From Trichoplax adhaerens (Eukaryota > Animalia > Placozoa): a stretch of DNA of 64,000 nucleotides. The translations under genes and the position numbers were made by a program. The notes beneath the pieces were generated by a model. The model worked only from the letters and a program-made list of their open reading frames with translations. It had not been told where the DNA came from and made no database searches. Location: contig NW_002060969.1 in the NCBI RefSeq assembly GCF_000150275.1, positions 434,001 through 498,000 of the forward strand, read 5' to 3'. Positions 1 through 14,122 of this stretch are shown here, one piece after another. The first letter of the stretch is position 1. Each line of letters opens with the position of its first letter.

Positions 1-40
1 ACCCTAAGTTAGAGTATTAATATAAAATAATATAACAAAC

Positions 41-817
41 CTGGCAGAAGGCTTAGAATGTTGTTGCAAAACGTGGCTAGAAGATATTTTAACACAAAAG
101 TTTATTAAAAACAAAGAGTAGTATATTCACTAATAATTCAAAATAATAATTTAACACTTTAAAATTATATTAAAAAAGACCAACGTTCTCATACAGTGAT
201 CCCCGCAATATGTCACTTAACTGACCTTCCAGGTGAACCAGATCCAACGCTTTGGCTACCAGTAGGAAGTTTAATTCCGCTACTCGATATCGCAGCATTC
301 GTAGTCATAGTGCGGAAAGACTACATAGGTACATTAATAAGTTTATTTAATTTAATTAACGTGATTTGGACAAATACTATCCAAAACATTGTACATATAT
401 CCTTCAATTAGAAAGTTCACCTGAGGACCAGCGCTACTTGTTGACATACTTTGCAAGACTGTTTCATAAATACGAGTCAAAGATTAGCGATAATTATATC
501 ATGAAAGTAACAACCAACATCCTAATGTTTTTAACTTAGAAGCGACGCATTGTTATTACTTGACCTTGTGAAGTAGGATTAAAATTGCTACCTTGCTGTG
601 AAAATGACGAATACAGTTGTCCGATCTGCGAAGGCGACTAATTTATTATGCCCACTATTAGATTAGTGTATTACAGAATAAAGATAGCTAACCATGTGCA
701 GTAGCATTTTATGAAAAGGGAATGACAACTTACTTCTTCGCGGGAAGGCAAAGTAGCTGGATTTTTGTAAAGGCTTTGAAAAACAGATTCATCCTCTAAA
801 TCTTCGTCTCTGTAAAA
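41..817 (-). CDS. Partial multi-exon gene (5' part, runs off the window start); low-complexity S/Q/G-rich N-terminus, weakly CNOT2-like
   Basis: Five short exons with GT-AG borders splice in frame: FYRDEDLEDESVFQSLYKNPATLPSREE / SPSQIGQLYSSFSQQGSNFNPTSQ / VLQSMSTSSAGPQ / SFRTMTTNAAISSSGIKLPTGSQSVGSGSPG / SHVLQQHSKPSA. Start exon not located. The resemblance to the CNOT2 N-terminus is by eye only. Confidence 0.6.
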
Positions 818-2859
818 CTATGAATAGGAAGAAGTAGATTATGATGCCTCTAACAGAATAATTTCAGATTGACATAAGCAACGTAGCTCAAGTATCGCTA
901 AGATGATAATGGTTGACAATTATTCTCCTGGTCAGTAATATTTTCTGTAACTTCAATAACCATATTTACGATAAACAAGCGCGAACGATGTTTACGTTTC
1001 GTATGAATTCATTTTTAAATTAATGAAGACAATAGTACGCATTTGGAAATCTTAATACCAGACATTCTACAGCACGAATATGCTAGTAATGATCAGAAAT
1101 CGCCGATATTTAATTGCCAGTACTGCTACGGTATATTAATTAGCGAATAAACTACAGTACTGTGTAAATGCTTTCATTAATCAAGGTTAAAGTGTATAGC
1201 AACTACTAAAGTAAATAATGATCGTAAAATAATAATAGTGATCTTAATATCCGTAAATGGGTAAAATACAAACAGTAATTTGCGTTTCTCATGTACTGTA
1301 CTATGTACATACATACCTATGTATGCAAAGCTATTGATGTGATATTACAGTGATATACAAAATTCTCACACCTAGACTAACACTTACGTATACTGTACTG
1401 TATGCGTAGAACATTTGAGTACCTACATTACGTATTATACAGATAAGAATAACTAAAAGAAAAAGGTAGACTCTTCTATCTACTGGATATCGTTAGCAAT
1501 AAATCTATGTAAATCGATGACTTTGTACAGATTGCAGAACGCAGTAAAATCCGTATAAAACTTGGCTAGGTACTGTACTGTATAATTAAAGCATGAATGG
1601 AAAACTTATTTCTTCGCACTTAAAAATATAATAGCAACTGGGTATCAATGTTATTCAAACGCATTAGTACTATTCTCAGAGTATCTAGTGTACCTCCTAT
1701 AGAAACTTATATTTTAATCCGTTCATCAGTGTTGTCGTTTAAGGCATTAATTCGTAATCAGTTAGTTACAGTATCGTGTAGTGGACTATATAACCCAAGG
1801 AACACTTGTCTTTCGCTAGCAAAAAAAATTAATGCTATACTGGAAGGTATAGTACACAGTACATGCACCAAAGTTACTAATTTTCAAACATAATTTACCA
1901 GTACATCTGCACAGACAGAACTTTTTAATAGTCCATGTCTTAACTAATTTTACTGCTGACTGAATTGACACAACGTCTGCTGAAGATAACTCAAATTTTT
2001 TTAAATTTATCAATTCTGTTACAGCATTGGAAATTTACTATAATACATCAATATTAGTAATAAATTTATAGTAAAGTCAAACTGAACTACAACAAAATGT
2101 GTACAAAATTTATATAAGCGCATTTACTCCTTTGATTCCTTTCTTATATCCAGATAACATAGTTTTCCTCATAGAGCCTATTATTTAAATAAATCATAAA
2201 TTTCAAATAATAGTGTAAGAAAACTAGAGTCATATAGTAAAGATATGTAATTAAATCCAATAAGCTAATACATAAAAGAATTTACATTTCTGCGCCATCA
2301 AACTATGGACTAACGTACGTACCCTGACTACCGAGATCTTGATTTTTCTTTTGCAGTTGACTATCAGCGTAAAGTTAGAATATGTAATCAATATGACATT
2401 ATAAAGATTAAGGCTAAAGCACTGTAAACCCCTTATTAGATTGAACGGAAGATCAAATGCAGTAGTAATATCTCAGTCACTACACTCCAAGATTTTATGC
2501 TGACAATTGCAAATAAACACGCAACATGAAAATAACGAAACTTCGAAAAGTCTAACACTACTGCTGTATAAGACTCGAGGCTGTCAAACGAAATGCGTAG
2601 GAATGGATGTAAGCAAAACTACCGTACTAGCGAGCATGAAGAAAATATTATGTACAATAGATAAATCGATCTAATACTACAGCACCTAGATTCATGAGAT
2701 AAAGTAAAGCATATTTAGACAACAAGTATAATACGTACGGATTAATTGTAGGCATTTCTCCTAAAGGCGGACGTTGAAAAGACATGACCATCAAGACGGA
2801 TTTTCGCGAACAGATTACAGTTAGTTATGGGCTTATGGCCATAGACCAATAAGTTAGGT

Positions 2860-3905
2860 GTTTGCATAGTACTGTATATAGATCATAAAGGTATTGAACC
2901 GAACCGAACCTTTCTTAGGTTTAGTACTGTACAGTGTACTGTACAGTGCTATAGTGTACAGTATACAGTACAATAAACCCTTAAAAAAGTTCCTTTATTA
3001 CTTCATTACTCTAGCCTAACTGTAAAGTACGGTAGTACTGTACTGTACACTACCATACTGTACACCAGATATTGATAGATACTGTACAGTACATTGTACA
3101 ATAATGTGTACTGTACAGTACACACAGTGGCCGAGAATACTGTATGCATACCGTACAGTACTTTACACTTCAGTACAGAACAGTACTGTACGGTACAGTA
3201 CAGTACTTTATAGTGCTGCATGCTGTAGCCTACTGTACAGCACGTACTGTACAGTACAGTACAGTGTACAGTGTACAGTAGAAATTCTTTTTTCACAACT
3301 GTACAGTACAGTACAGTACAGATTTTGTTCTGTGAAGTTGTCCCTTTTGGGCCACCGTACTGTACTGTACAGTGTACAGTATGCTGGCTGTCTCAATGGA
3401 CAGTAGGCCCATTTGTTTTGCACTGAAATTCATCGTACTGTGGTTACAGTACTGTACTATACAGTACTGTACACTTCGCTGAAAACAGTCTACTGTACCG
3501 TACTGTATCTACTGTCCTGTACTGTTCTGCAGTACTGTATACGAGTACAATTCATAAAGGCACTCATTGACTCGGTGAACACTAAATACTAAATCTCTAC
3601 AGTAAATCAAGTCTTACTTTTGCACAACACATCCCGTACTGGGCCGTACACCCTCAGTACAGTACTGTAATGTGTACCGTACTTGTACTGTACGTTATTT
3701 ACAGTAGATGAGTCATACAGTACTGTACAGTACAGTACAATGTACAGTACAATATTATTGTGTGCTTAGCAGGCTTCAACTTTAACGTTCAGGGTTATAC
3801 AGTACAGTACAGTACAGTACAGTACACTACACTACACTACCATACGCTATTGCAAGATATACTGTAGTGATTGGTACTGTACATTCATTACATACATACA
3901 GTACT
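2860..3905. repeat. (TACAG)n/(CTGTA)n array in the divergent promoter upstream of Rab21
   Basis: Dense TACAGTACAG, TACTGTAC and TACAGTG units in both orientations, including a perfect run at about 3797-3825. Confidence 0.9.
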
Positions 3906-4021
3906 TCGCCCTGCACGTCTGTATGAAGATCAAAATCTATTCGAGTTATCAACTGCCATATGCGTAGAGTAGGACCGTATAACGAAAAAAGTCCCCGTAC
4001 CATTAAAAATTTTCTAAGAAG

Positions 4022-5848
4022 ATGACGAGCACCAGCAAAACATCTAAATTTAAGGTGGTCCTGCTTGGAGAAGGCTGTGTTGGCAAAACGTCTATTGTGT
4101 TGCGCTACTGTGAGAACAAGTTTAACGAGAAGCATCTTAGCACGTTACAAGTACGCTATTTGAGGCAATATTGTCTCTTCGATATGATGCCAGATAGTTA
4201 CTACTTACTAGTGTAGTGCTAGATCATGTATCAGCATGATAGCACATCGGTGGCAGGGACTGCTGAATGTAAATTGTGTCGACTTACAGTACAGTTGTGC
4301 ATAATCTTCGTTTCTGTAGTTTCGCTAACAATTATATGAAACACAGAACTTAGAATACACCTAGTGTTCTTCAAAATACAATACGACAATTATATACTTT
4401 ATAAATTATTACTGCTTACTATCACAGTTTCAGTTAAGCTAATATTACTATTAGATATTTTCTATGATAACGCGCGGTACGAATGCAGTACTCATAGGTC
4501 AATAAGATATACGTGATCATTAAAATTTCCCTAATATAATATTGATTGAATATGGTATTCTTTCCTACTATCTTGAAGTAATATAGTGTAATAGGAGTCT
4601 AATTATTTAAGATGTATGTATTATAGTTTATGATATACGTACAGATATAGTGGTACTAAGATTTTTAACTGCTTACTTTCTCGATTATATCAGTCATAAT
4701 TGTAATCATATAATAAAACGGAATACTCTAGGCTTCGTATCTGGAGAAGAAATTGAATATTGGTGGAAAAAGGATTAATTTGGCAATTTGGGTAAATACT
4801 TTATGATAGGATGTTCATTTTTTGTAGCATATATCTTCTTATGCAACTGCTATCTGGAACAGGACACCGCAGGACAGGAAAGATTTCATGCACTCGGCCC
4901 CATCTACTACAGGGAAAGGTTTGTATGTTCGTACGTATATTATTATACGTATGTATCTCTTAAAGTTTCGTATATTTATGGCATAAGTCATTCAATTCTG
5001 ATCTGTCAAATTTCATTTTGGGAGTTACTCAGATTAATGTATAATTCGTATACTTTACTAGTCATGGAGCAATATTAGTTTATGATATCACGGACGAAGA
5101 TTCCTTTATGAAGGTAGCCTGATAACTAGAAAGTCTTTGACCTGTTAAATTGACCGTACAGCGCATCTTCCTTTCAGATTTATGTTGCTCTTTCGATGTA
5201 ATGTGTAAATATGCATACGTTACAATTTTAAAAAGGTAAAGAAATGGGTTAAGGAACTAAGGAAGATGTTGGGAAACGAAATTTGTTTGTGTATAGTCGG
5301 TAAGTAAAAGTATAGAAATATTCTCTATGTAATGGCTATGATAGTAATTACGTATCTATTCATGGTAGGTAACAAGATAGATTTGGAAAAAGATAGGACT
5401 GTGCATGTAACCAGAGCGGAGGAGTTAGTCTTATTTTATATCTTCCATCTAGCAATTCTCGATAACTTAGAAAGTTTATACTTTGTCTGTGTTATATCAC
5501 TTTCATACAGTTACGCTCAGTCCGTTGGCGCTGTTCACTTCCATACATCTGCAAAGATGAATAAGGGGATAGAAGAAGTATTTCTTAATTTAACAAAAAG
5601 TGAGTCTTCAACAGTAAATTAAAAAATTAATGAAGTTTACATGTTACAGTAAAGCAGCGGCTTGCACGTTATCTTGTATCTCTAAAACACCTATGATATT
5701 AACTATAACGTCAATGAATTCAGGAATGCTGGCAGCGCAAGATGATAATACAAATACTGCAGGAAAGCAAGGTGGCAGTCGAAAAAGTGTTGTTATCATT
5801 GATGATGAACCCCTACAGCAAAGTAGCGGCTGTTGTGGAAGTAGTTGA
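4022..5848 (+). CDS. RAB21: Ras-related protein Rab-21 (8 exons)
   Basis: Exons at about 4022-4150, 4732-4791, 4863-4918, 5062-5112, 5236-5299, 5369-5422, 5511-5598 and 5724-5848. Motifs FKVVLLGEGCVGKTS, WDTAGQERFHALGPIYYR, WVKELRKMLG, GNKIDL, TSAK and the C-terminal GCCGSS prenylation motif. Confidence 0.95.
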
Positions 5849-8794
5849 ATTGTCTGAAACCCTGTGTACTGTTAAATACTATAAATTGATACGTATTAAC
5901 AATTATTGGTCACCTTAACTATAGCCTTACTGATGTCAGATACATGTTTAGGCGTTCATTTACTGTATAATGATATTAAAACTATATATACTGATATCCT
6001 GGTAATGTACATAATTTATTGATTGATCGATACTATGTTCTGTGTATTGAATGAATTTCGTACCTGGTATTGTCGCGTTAATATTATAAAGAATTTGTGT
6101 GCTGAGATTGTTGATGTAATTCGGGATTTTTATAAACGTACCATATTATCCTACGTACTGCACATCTTTTATAGCTATTGGAAACTTTGGACAGTATAAT
6201 GTACACTATACAGTACATAATTGATCCGTATTAACTTTGGTTGCGTAGCTATTGCCATTACTGTACTGTACTATGACATTCATGACATCCTGCGTACAGA
6301 TTGGATGTAGCATATACGATCTGGTTCTTAGTGTCATAAATATCAATTAAATTTAAAATCTAAAAGTCTTTATATTATACTATAGACTTGCGTATAAAAT
6401 AAGAATTTGATTGTATTACCTCAATTTTTGAGAATAAATGACTAGTGCTTGTGATAATTTGCTAATGCAACTGACGCTGTGTAAGGTTAAAATAAAATGC
6501 CTACGATGCCATCGTTGCGTCTAAAACCCAAAGCATTGGCCCGTTGCGAATAGTGAGGGAGTTTACCGTATTGCACTTCTGACAGTAATAAAACCATCTA
6601 CGTAAGAACTCTTTCTAATTCTAGATTTAGTACAGTGACGAGACTTTAATTTGTTTTATAGTTAACTAGCTCCTTACCCAAGAAATACCTGTTAATGGCT
6701 AGCTTTGTATTGTACTGATTTTTACACAGAATACAATACTGTACACTGTATTAGTACTCACTATAGATCATAACGGCTCGAACTGAACCGAACCTTTCTC
6801 AGGTCTAATTAGTAGTACTAGTATAAAAGGTAGGATTGTACTATACGATGGGCGTATATTGCTATGTCATGTAGGTGTTCAAGAAGAAGCTCACAGGGTG
6901 GCTTACGTAAATTGCTCGTTAGGATACACTTCTAAATACTGACCCTCAAGTACTTAATTGCGGTGTAAAAATTGGTTCATCAATTAGTTTACAATGCTTT
7001 AAAAGTATGGTTTAATAGCTGCGATCTCGAATTTAGTACGCACTTTCATACCTTGTTCGTGCGTTTTATGATAGGTATTATAGTATAACATAAACTACTA
7101 GACAAATAAGTACATATAGTATTCTAAGGGTCTCTAGTATTCACTATTCTCTTATTATAGTACTGTACAACTAGCTTAACATCTTGTCGCTTCGCTGACA
7201 GAGATACTACAGTCTTTTCAATTTTTTAATATAATGATTTTTAACTTTATGAAACTTTAAGCATCATTCTTTCTGATACCAGCAGCTACATACTCTTCTC
7301 TAAATTGTTAAATTAAATTAAAATAGGTACCCTACTATATATAGTGCCAACCTATATGAAACAAATATCGAGTTTGTTACCGAAAAGTATACGTACAGTT
7401 TAGCAATTAAAATGAATAGCAAGATTTTTATAATCTTATCATGTCCAGGTAACAATACAGTAATTAGTACTGTAGTGGGAACTGTAATGTTTGGAACGCA
7501 TACAGTATAGTATGCACTAGTGTATTACTAATAATACTGATATGAGATGGAATGTACAGTACACTGTATAGTGTACAGTATACAGTAACACGTCGAGATT
7601 AGAAATAAAGAGCAGATTATACACGTGCGATTCGAACGTAGTCTAAACTAAACGTATTAACAGATGTCTTGCTATATAGTATTTCTATTTCTGTACCCAC
7701 AATATGTAAATGAGTTCACTGTGAGCATCAAGTAGTTTCATTATCGTGGTTTATCTTGAAAGACATGTTAGGTAGCTTATTAGATACCTTTAGTTTGATT
7801 ATTCGTATATTAATCATTCTGGCTTAAAGAGAGAATCCTTTCGTGATTGCACATAATAGGATAAAGTGTGTATTAGTTTTAATACAGTTGACGTATTTTA
7901 TGTCTAATATTCAACACACTATCCGAAATAAACTGTATTCGCCAAAGAAATTGACTGCAACTTTTCGATATAAAGTGATACTTAACGTAGCAAGCAGTAG
8001 TTATCTACGAACAATATAGTATAAACTTTTCTACCTGAGGATGACTACAAATTTCACCCCGTGAAATTAACATATATGTGTATATCTCTTAATTAGTTGC
8101 ATTAGCGTGAGTATACTAAAGTTACGATTTAGAAATGACGTTAAACGATAAAATATTTCAGATAATCATCAACGGTTAGCTAATAATTTTTAAAAGTGAT
8201 CTTAGCTATGCCTCGTCATATTAAAGTAGAAGCTTTGGCTTTAAAACAAGTATAGTAAATGTACGAGTATAAATAATAGCTTCCAGTTGCACAGTACATG
8301 CACATTAGTACAAATATTTAGAAATGAAACTCTTTCAATTATAATACATCAGTATTTTAATACAGTAAATAACATTAATAATTGTTAATTCACACTTAAT
8401 AGTTCACATTGTAATAAGACTATGTACTTAACAATTCAACTCTGGCATTATTATGTTCGAAATACCTGGTAGCAATTTAAATGGCGTCTCAAAGTAACTA
8501 ATGCATGCTATTGATTGATGACTAACATCTACAAAATTTTGTATAACGATATGTTTTCCCTCGGATTTTGCGGCAACAGATACACTGGTAATACGTCGTT
8601 CGCACTGAACGGTAAGGTATTCCATTTTAGCTGATTTTTATAACTGAAGAATTCGATTATACCTGGCTGAGCATTGCATCGATAATTATAATTCGTGCAG
8701 TAAAAGAAGAAAATTCAAAGTTGTCCATTTCAGCAAATCACCCATAGCGACTCTATACGAAATCAAATAATAAAATACTATATCCCCTTCTAAA

Positions 8795-11700
8795 TCAAAG
8801 TAATATTGAAGTTGATCTATTCTATAACTGAAAATAAAAAATTGTAGTAATTGCAATAATAGCAACATGAATACCTGTAGAGACCCTAAAACTCCGCTTG
8901 CCATGTTTGATAGTTTGTTGGTAACGCGAGACACACCCTCCTTAATCTGGTCGAGATCAATTGATGGGGCATCGACCTGACTTTTCTTATTACCACTTGA
9001 GCCAAAGAAATCATCACTTGAAATTGCAGTAGCACCATGGAAATGTTCCGTGCTTCTCGTTGTTTCCGCCTTTAAAAAAATATCTTTTTTAGGGTAGCTG
9101 TAGTATACTTAATAATGTTATATTTAAAGAAATTATAAGATACATATATGATCTGGAACACAAGAATATCACCCCCGCTAGAGTGAATTTCGGGGGATTT
9201 GTGATATCATTTTGTTCCGGACAATCATATACACTTATGTCTATTATTAATCACCCTATTGCCTTCTCTTCCGAAATATTGGCTAGAAGATATACTCTTA
9301 GCATTACCAAATTTTTTTATTGCGTCATCTATAGCAAAAGAATAGATAATAACACGTTATAGAGCTTGATTTGTATAGTATTTCCATTTTCGTGTAAATG
9401 AAGATGTAAAATAAACTCGACCAGATGAAGTGTCGCGTTCTGTTTTCGGTTCAGTTCTTCTTTTGTGGAAATTGTTAAAAAATCGTTTATAGAATAACGG
9501 TCAATCAGCAATGTAAATTGATTAGAATAATGTTTAGTAGGATTTTAAAAGCATTTTATACCGAGCGGATATATCTCTAGATCTGGACGATAGTGACATA
9601 GCTGATGACTTTACGGATGGTGCTGCAGCCGCTTCTCGTTCATCTACTTCGAAATACCCTTTCTCACTTTTCCTCGAACTTTTCCAATCATTCATATCGG
9701 AAAAAGGACTGTCATATCTACTGAGTATAGCAGAAGTCTTATTCATACCGATTAATTAGATAATTAATCGAAGTAAAATTTAAGACCAACCTTAATATGT
9801 TATCATACCTGGAAGGTTGAGTGCTTTCAAAGTTGCCAAAAAAGTCCGTATCAAAACTTGTGGGTTGATTTGCAAATTTACTTTTAGTTGAGATGCTACC
9901 AGCTGGATCTTCCTGATCAATTTCAACCATGCTGGCAGCAACAGAATGACTTTGAGCACTATCGAAATATCAAGTGAATAGATAATAATTAAGATAGAAA
10001 AATATATTTTTGATCCATTATACGCTATAATTAGCTCAAGGATACAAGAAGCGTTACCTAGCAGGTAATCGACCACCCATTGCCATGCCAAGTCTTTCCA
10101 TTTGCTCAGCTTTCTTTGGATCAGTTTCACGTAATTTAGTCATACCTGCTTTTTTCTCTTGATATACAAACCTAGTAGGAGTTCTATCAAAACGTTTCAA
10201 ATTTTTAGAATTCTTACATATAACCATAATACATTTGTAAGTACACGCATATGTAAATATATCGAAAATACCGATTCTCGATATCATTTAATTCTTGTTC
10301 GGCAACTAAGCCAGATTCTCTTTCTTTTCTTAATATTTCTTCATCCTGAGCAGCAGCACTTTCAACAATACTAAAATCTGTTGTAATTTTTCTAGCGCCT
10401 AGTCCCTGCTTGCTACTTGCCTGTATTATTGTTTGGTATTAGAACTGTATGTACATCTGACTTTTAGTCTATCTTTAAAATCGAGAACTTACGCCTTTTT
10501 TCTTGCCCGTGATGGGCTTTCTCTTACCAATAGTGGATGCTGAAAAGAATGACAAGTAACCTTAGTAATTGTATAGTGATGATCGGAATTTGAAGTAATG
10601 CAACCAGTGCCGCTTTCAAATTTTTACGGTCTACCTTGCTTCCTTGTTCCCGATTCAACTCCATCGACTCTAACAGTAGCAACCTTTACAGTATCTGTAA
10701 TCAGAATATTTGTTAAGATCTATGATAAAAGTATTAAGTCCAACATCGATAGTTGTTCTATCATACGATAATACATCACATTTACTTAAACGAAATGTAA
10801 ACAGTGATTATAAATTTAACTATAATTAATTTTTACATTATTTGTATTTTCGATCATGCACTTCGTGAAGTGGTAAGCTCTGTTTATCACGTCCATTACG
10901 GTACGTGAAATAATATCAAGTTATTGTGCACTACTACTAACGTAATCGAAGCATATAATAACAATATTCGAACTTTGTAATAGTAGTGCAAGGTACTAAA
11001 ACTTGATTTGCTTTAAATTCGAAGTTGGTCTTTACTTATGCATACAGTTCTATTATCTGTAGAATGTGGAACATGTAGCAAAAGTCGTAGTATTAGGAAT
11101 CGTTGTATGGCATTATAGTCGTTATTCTGGTAAGTATGAGTAAACAGTAAGTTGTCACATATTTCTGTTAGTATAAATTACTCGTACATCAAAACGCCGT
11201 AAACATAACTATTTTCGACTACGGAATCTCTTACCGGTAATTGTCAAGAATAATTAATAATTAAATTAGATTAACGAACCAGGTTCAGGATTTTCGTTAA
11301 CTTTTAAGGTATCAACCGCAGGTTGTTCTCTCTTCGGTTGCTGATACCTATTGGATAAATGATCCGTAGTCACTCGTGGAAAGTCCTTTTTTTCTTCTGC
11401 ATCCGCAAGGAATGGAAAAGCTGCAGGAGCGCTTACTACTGACGATACATCTTTAAAGAAATCACCCTCTTTTGTAGTTGGGCTTGGACTAGTAATATTC
11501 TGCAATTTCGTATTGATGTCAATCTTTGAAACATGAAGGTAAAAGTAATTACGTACTGTTGCCGTTAAAAATTAAATACAAGAGTATGTGTGCAAGATAG
11601 TAGGGCCATAGTTATGATTAAATATTACCGTGCTAGTACCATATTGTTTCAGGGTCACAGCAGCAAGGCTTGCAAGTTTTTCACGGTACATTCTTGCTAC

Positions 11701-12463
11701 TCGACTGAATAGTAATGAGATTTAACGGAATTCGCATTAAGATTAGTCAGTATCTTGACTTTAGTTAGTTTAAGTGAACCACGATAATCTTAAATATATT
11801 ACCTCTGGTACTTTGCCGAAGCATCCGTAACTGTTAGACCATGCGATTGAAAAAATTCTCTCTATGAAAAATATGTTACAAGTACAATTTATAAGACAAA
11901 ATATACATTTTTCTAAAGTATTTGTAAGTGCGAGTTAGTACACCTTTACTATATGAATACAGAAACAAACAGTATTACTGGAATCTACTAACAGCATTAG
12001 CGTTTCCTCCAACTTGCATTTGTCTTAACTGTAACCAATTCCATTGATCAAGTAAGGTTGATCTATGATAAAAAATATATCACAAAAATTGCAGTAATTT
12101 ACCTTTCTGTTTCATTATCTATATGTATAGTTGATCATTACACTATTAACGTATGTATTGTACCTAACAAAACTGATATGAACACCTAATGAACGATGAA
12201 TTGCCGAACAGTCAAGGCATAGAAATATTCCATACGTGACAGATGACCAAGTGGCATTTTTGGAATTACAGTCAAAGCAAATCTAGGGATACACGTATAC
12301 AGTACACTCGCATGAGTCCAAATCAGGTGATTCAGGCATACAAATTATACAAGACCAATTACGAATCATAAAGCATATTACATACCTTATTGCTAGGGAT
12401 GGAGCTTAGTTTCTTGAAAATAGCAACAATTTGCGCTTTTGTAGCTACGGGCACGTCCGACAT
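8795..12463 (-). CDS. ARFGAP2: ADP-ribosylation factor GTPase-activating protein 2/3 (Glo3 family)
   Basis: N-terminal ArfGAP zinc finger [53 protein letters not shown], plus [19 protein letters not shown] and Glo3 ISS repeats (AISSDDFFG). The last exon and stop codon are approximate. Confidence 0.92.
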
Positions 12464-12499
12464 TTCTCAATCATCGGTTAGACAGTGGTTAACACTGTT

Positions 12500-14030
12500 A
12501 AGTGAACTGGTACAGACTGAGAGTGTTCGTAGTATACTGTACTGTACACTGTACAGGACGATGTACACTTGTACTGTACAGCACGGTACAGTACTGTATG
12601 TATCACTGGTCAGCACAATAGCATATCGTTGTTACAGCCCCTGACTAAAATTTTCTACCAAAAGTCCCTAGAACTGGTACAGTGTACACTAGTTATTAAA
12701 GAGACCCTTTCTCTATTTTTAATTTTGAGAAAATTACTTATTAAGGGTCTCTAGTGTACAGTACTGTACAGAACACTGAGTACAGAGTACTGTACAGGTA
12801 CACTGTACACGTTCCTGGTTAGTGTCATGTACTCTGCTTTCTAACAAGTGTGAGCTAGATTTTGCGAGCACAACACTGTCACAGTGGCTATATTATTTTT
12901 TCTTTGCAAAGTACTGTACAGTACGGTACAGTACAGTACAGTACTGCATTCTTGTACAGTACAAAAATTTAATTTTAATACTGTACTGTACAGTACAGTA
13001 CAGTACCGTACAGTATAGGTAAAGGCAATAAATGGTCGTGTCACACGACTGCATTATCATCCAGTGTGTGTGTATGTGACATTGTACAATGCACAAATCT
13101 CCTCCACTGTGCAACAACCTCTACAACGCAAAAACCTTTTCCACAAGTAGGACCAAACGGAACACGCAACTACGCTGACTCAGCTGAGCGCAAAACGTGC
13201 ACCAGATGTACATTGTACACAGCACAGTACAGTACAGTACAATGCGCTATGAGCGCTTGTGCGAGAAGGTTTTGTGCTTTGGAGTAGGTTATTGCACTGT
13301 ACAGTACTGTATAAAGGACTTGTTGCACAGCGCACACTTGCAACTGAGATAGCACAGCACCGGTGAAGCAGATATAAGCCAAGTACTGTACTGTACTGAC
13401 CATCGGTAATCGTACCCTACAGTACTGTATACTGTACTGTACTGTATATTGTACAATGTACAGTGTACAGTACACGATCGTGCTCCAAATCAGCTGCCAG
13501 TCAAGTTTCAGGTTGATTTTGCACAGTATGGTGTACGGTTACAGCTGTAGCGTATTGTAAAATGAGCACAATAAAAAGTCAGCCACACCATTTTTGCAGC
13601 TTTCGCCCTTTCTCTTCTTTCGAGTAGTCCCTGCTTTAAATATGACTACACGAAAGCAAAATAAAAATTCATAGTTAATTTATCTTTACCTTATCAGTAA
13701 TAAGTTAGTTATACTGATCAAAATGATAACGCAAATACTGTAGTATACAGTATAGCACGTGAAGTACAATATGAACGAGGGATCGACTATAGGTAGAGAG
13801 TACGAGACAAACAGACCGGTTTTCTCATTCATCTACAGTATAGACCTGTTCACTGTTTAGTTCAAGGCTTATGAACTAATATTGCACCTGCCTGAATGAC
13901 TCAGTGAATTCTTTCAGCGCAGTCTTGTACAGTACAACTGTACTGTACTGTACAAAATATACTGTAGACGAACTGCGCAAGACTGGTAACTGTGCAGCAC
14001 AGTACAGTACAGTACAGTACTGTACAGTAC
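12500..14030. repeat. (TACAG)n/(CTGTA)n arrays in the ARFGAP/PSMA1 bidirectional promoter
   Basis: Multiple clusters; perfect 22-bp palindrome TACTGTACTGTACAGTACAGTA at 12979-13000. Confidence 0.9.
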
Positions 14031-14122
14031 AGCAGAAAGAAACTGCACTTCATAACTTTTAACTTTTTTACTATCATTTAATAAGACAAATCTCTGGTTT
14101 GAAAATTTGCAAAAATTCCGAG

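Noticed and set aside
3006-3423. YSTVQ/CTVLY-rich ORFs here and at 12.4-13.5, 23.9, 25.6-26.0, 29.4-30.0, 48.1 and 60.4-61.1 kb
   Set aside because: These are translations of (TACAG)n, which lacks stop codons in all frames. They are open on both strands and show no protein-like features.
2860-3905. Repeat clusters separated by unique sequence, superficially CRISPR-like
   Set aside because: There is no constant-length repeat or spacer, no cas genes, and the context is an intron-rich eukaryotic genome.
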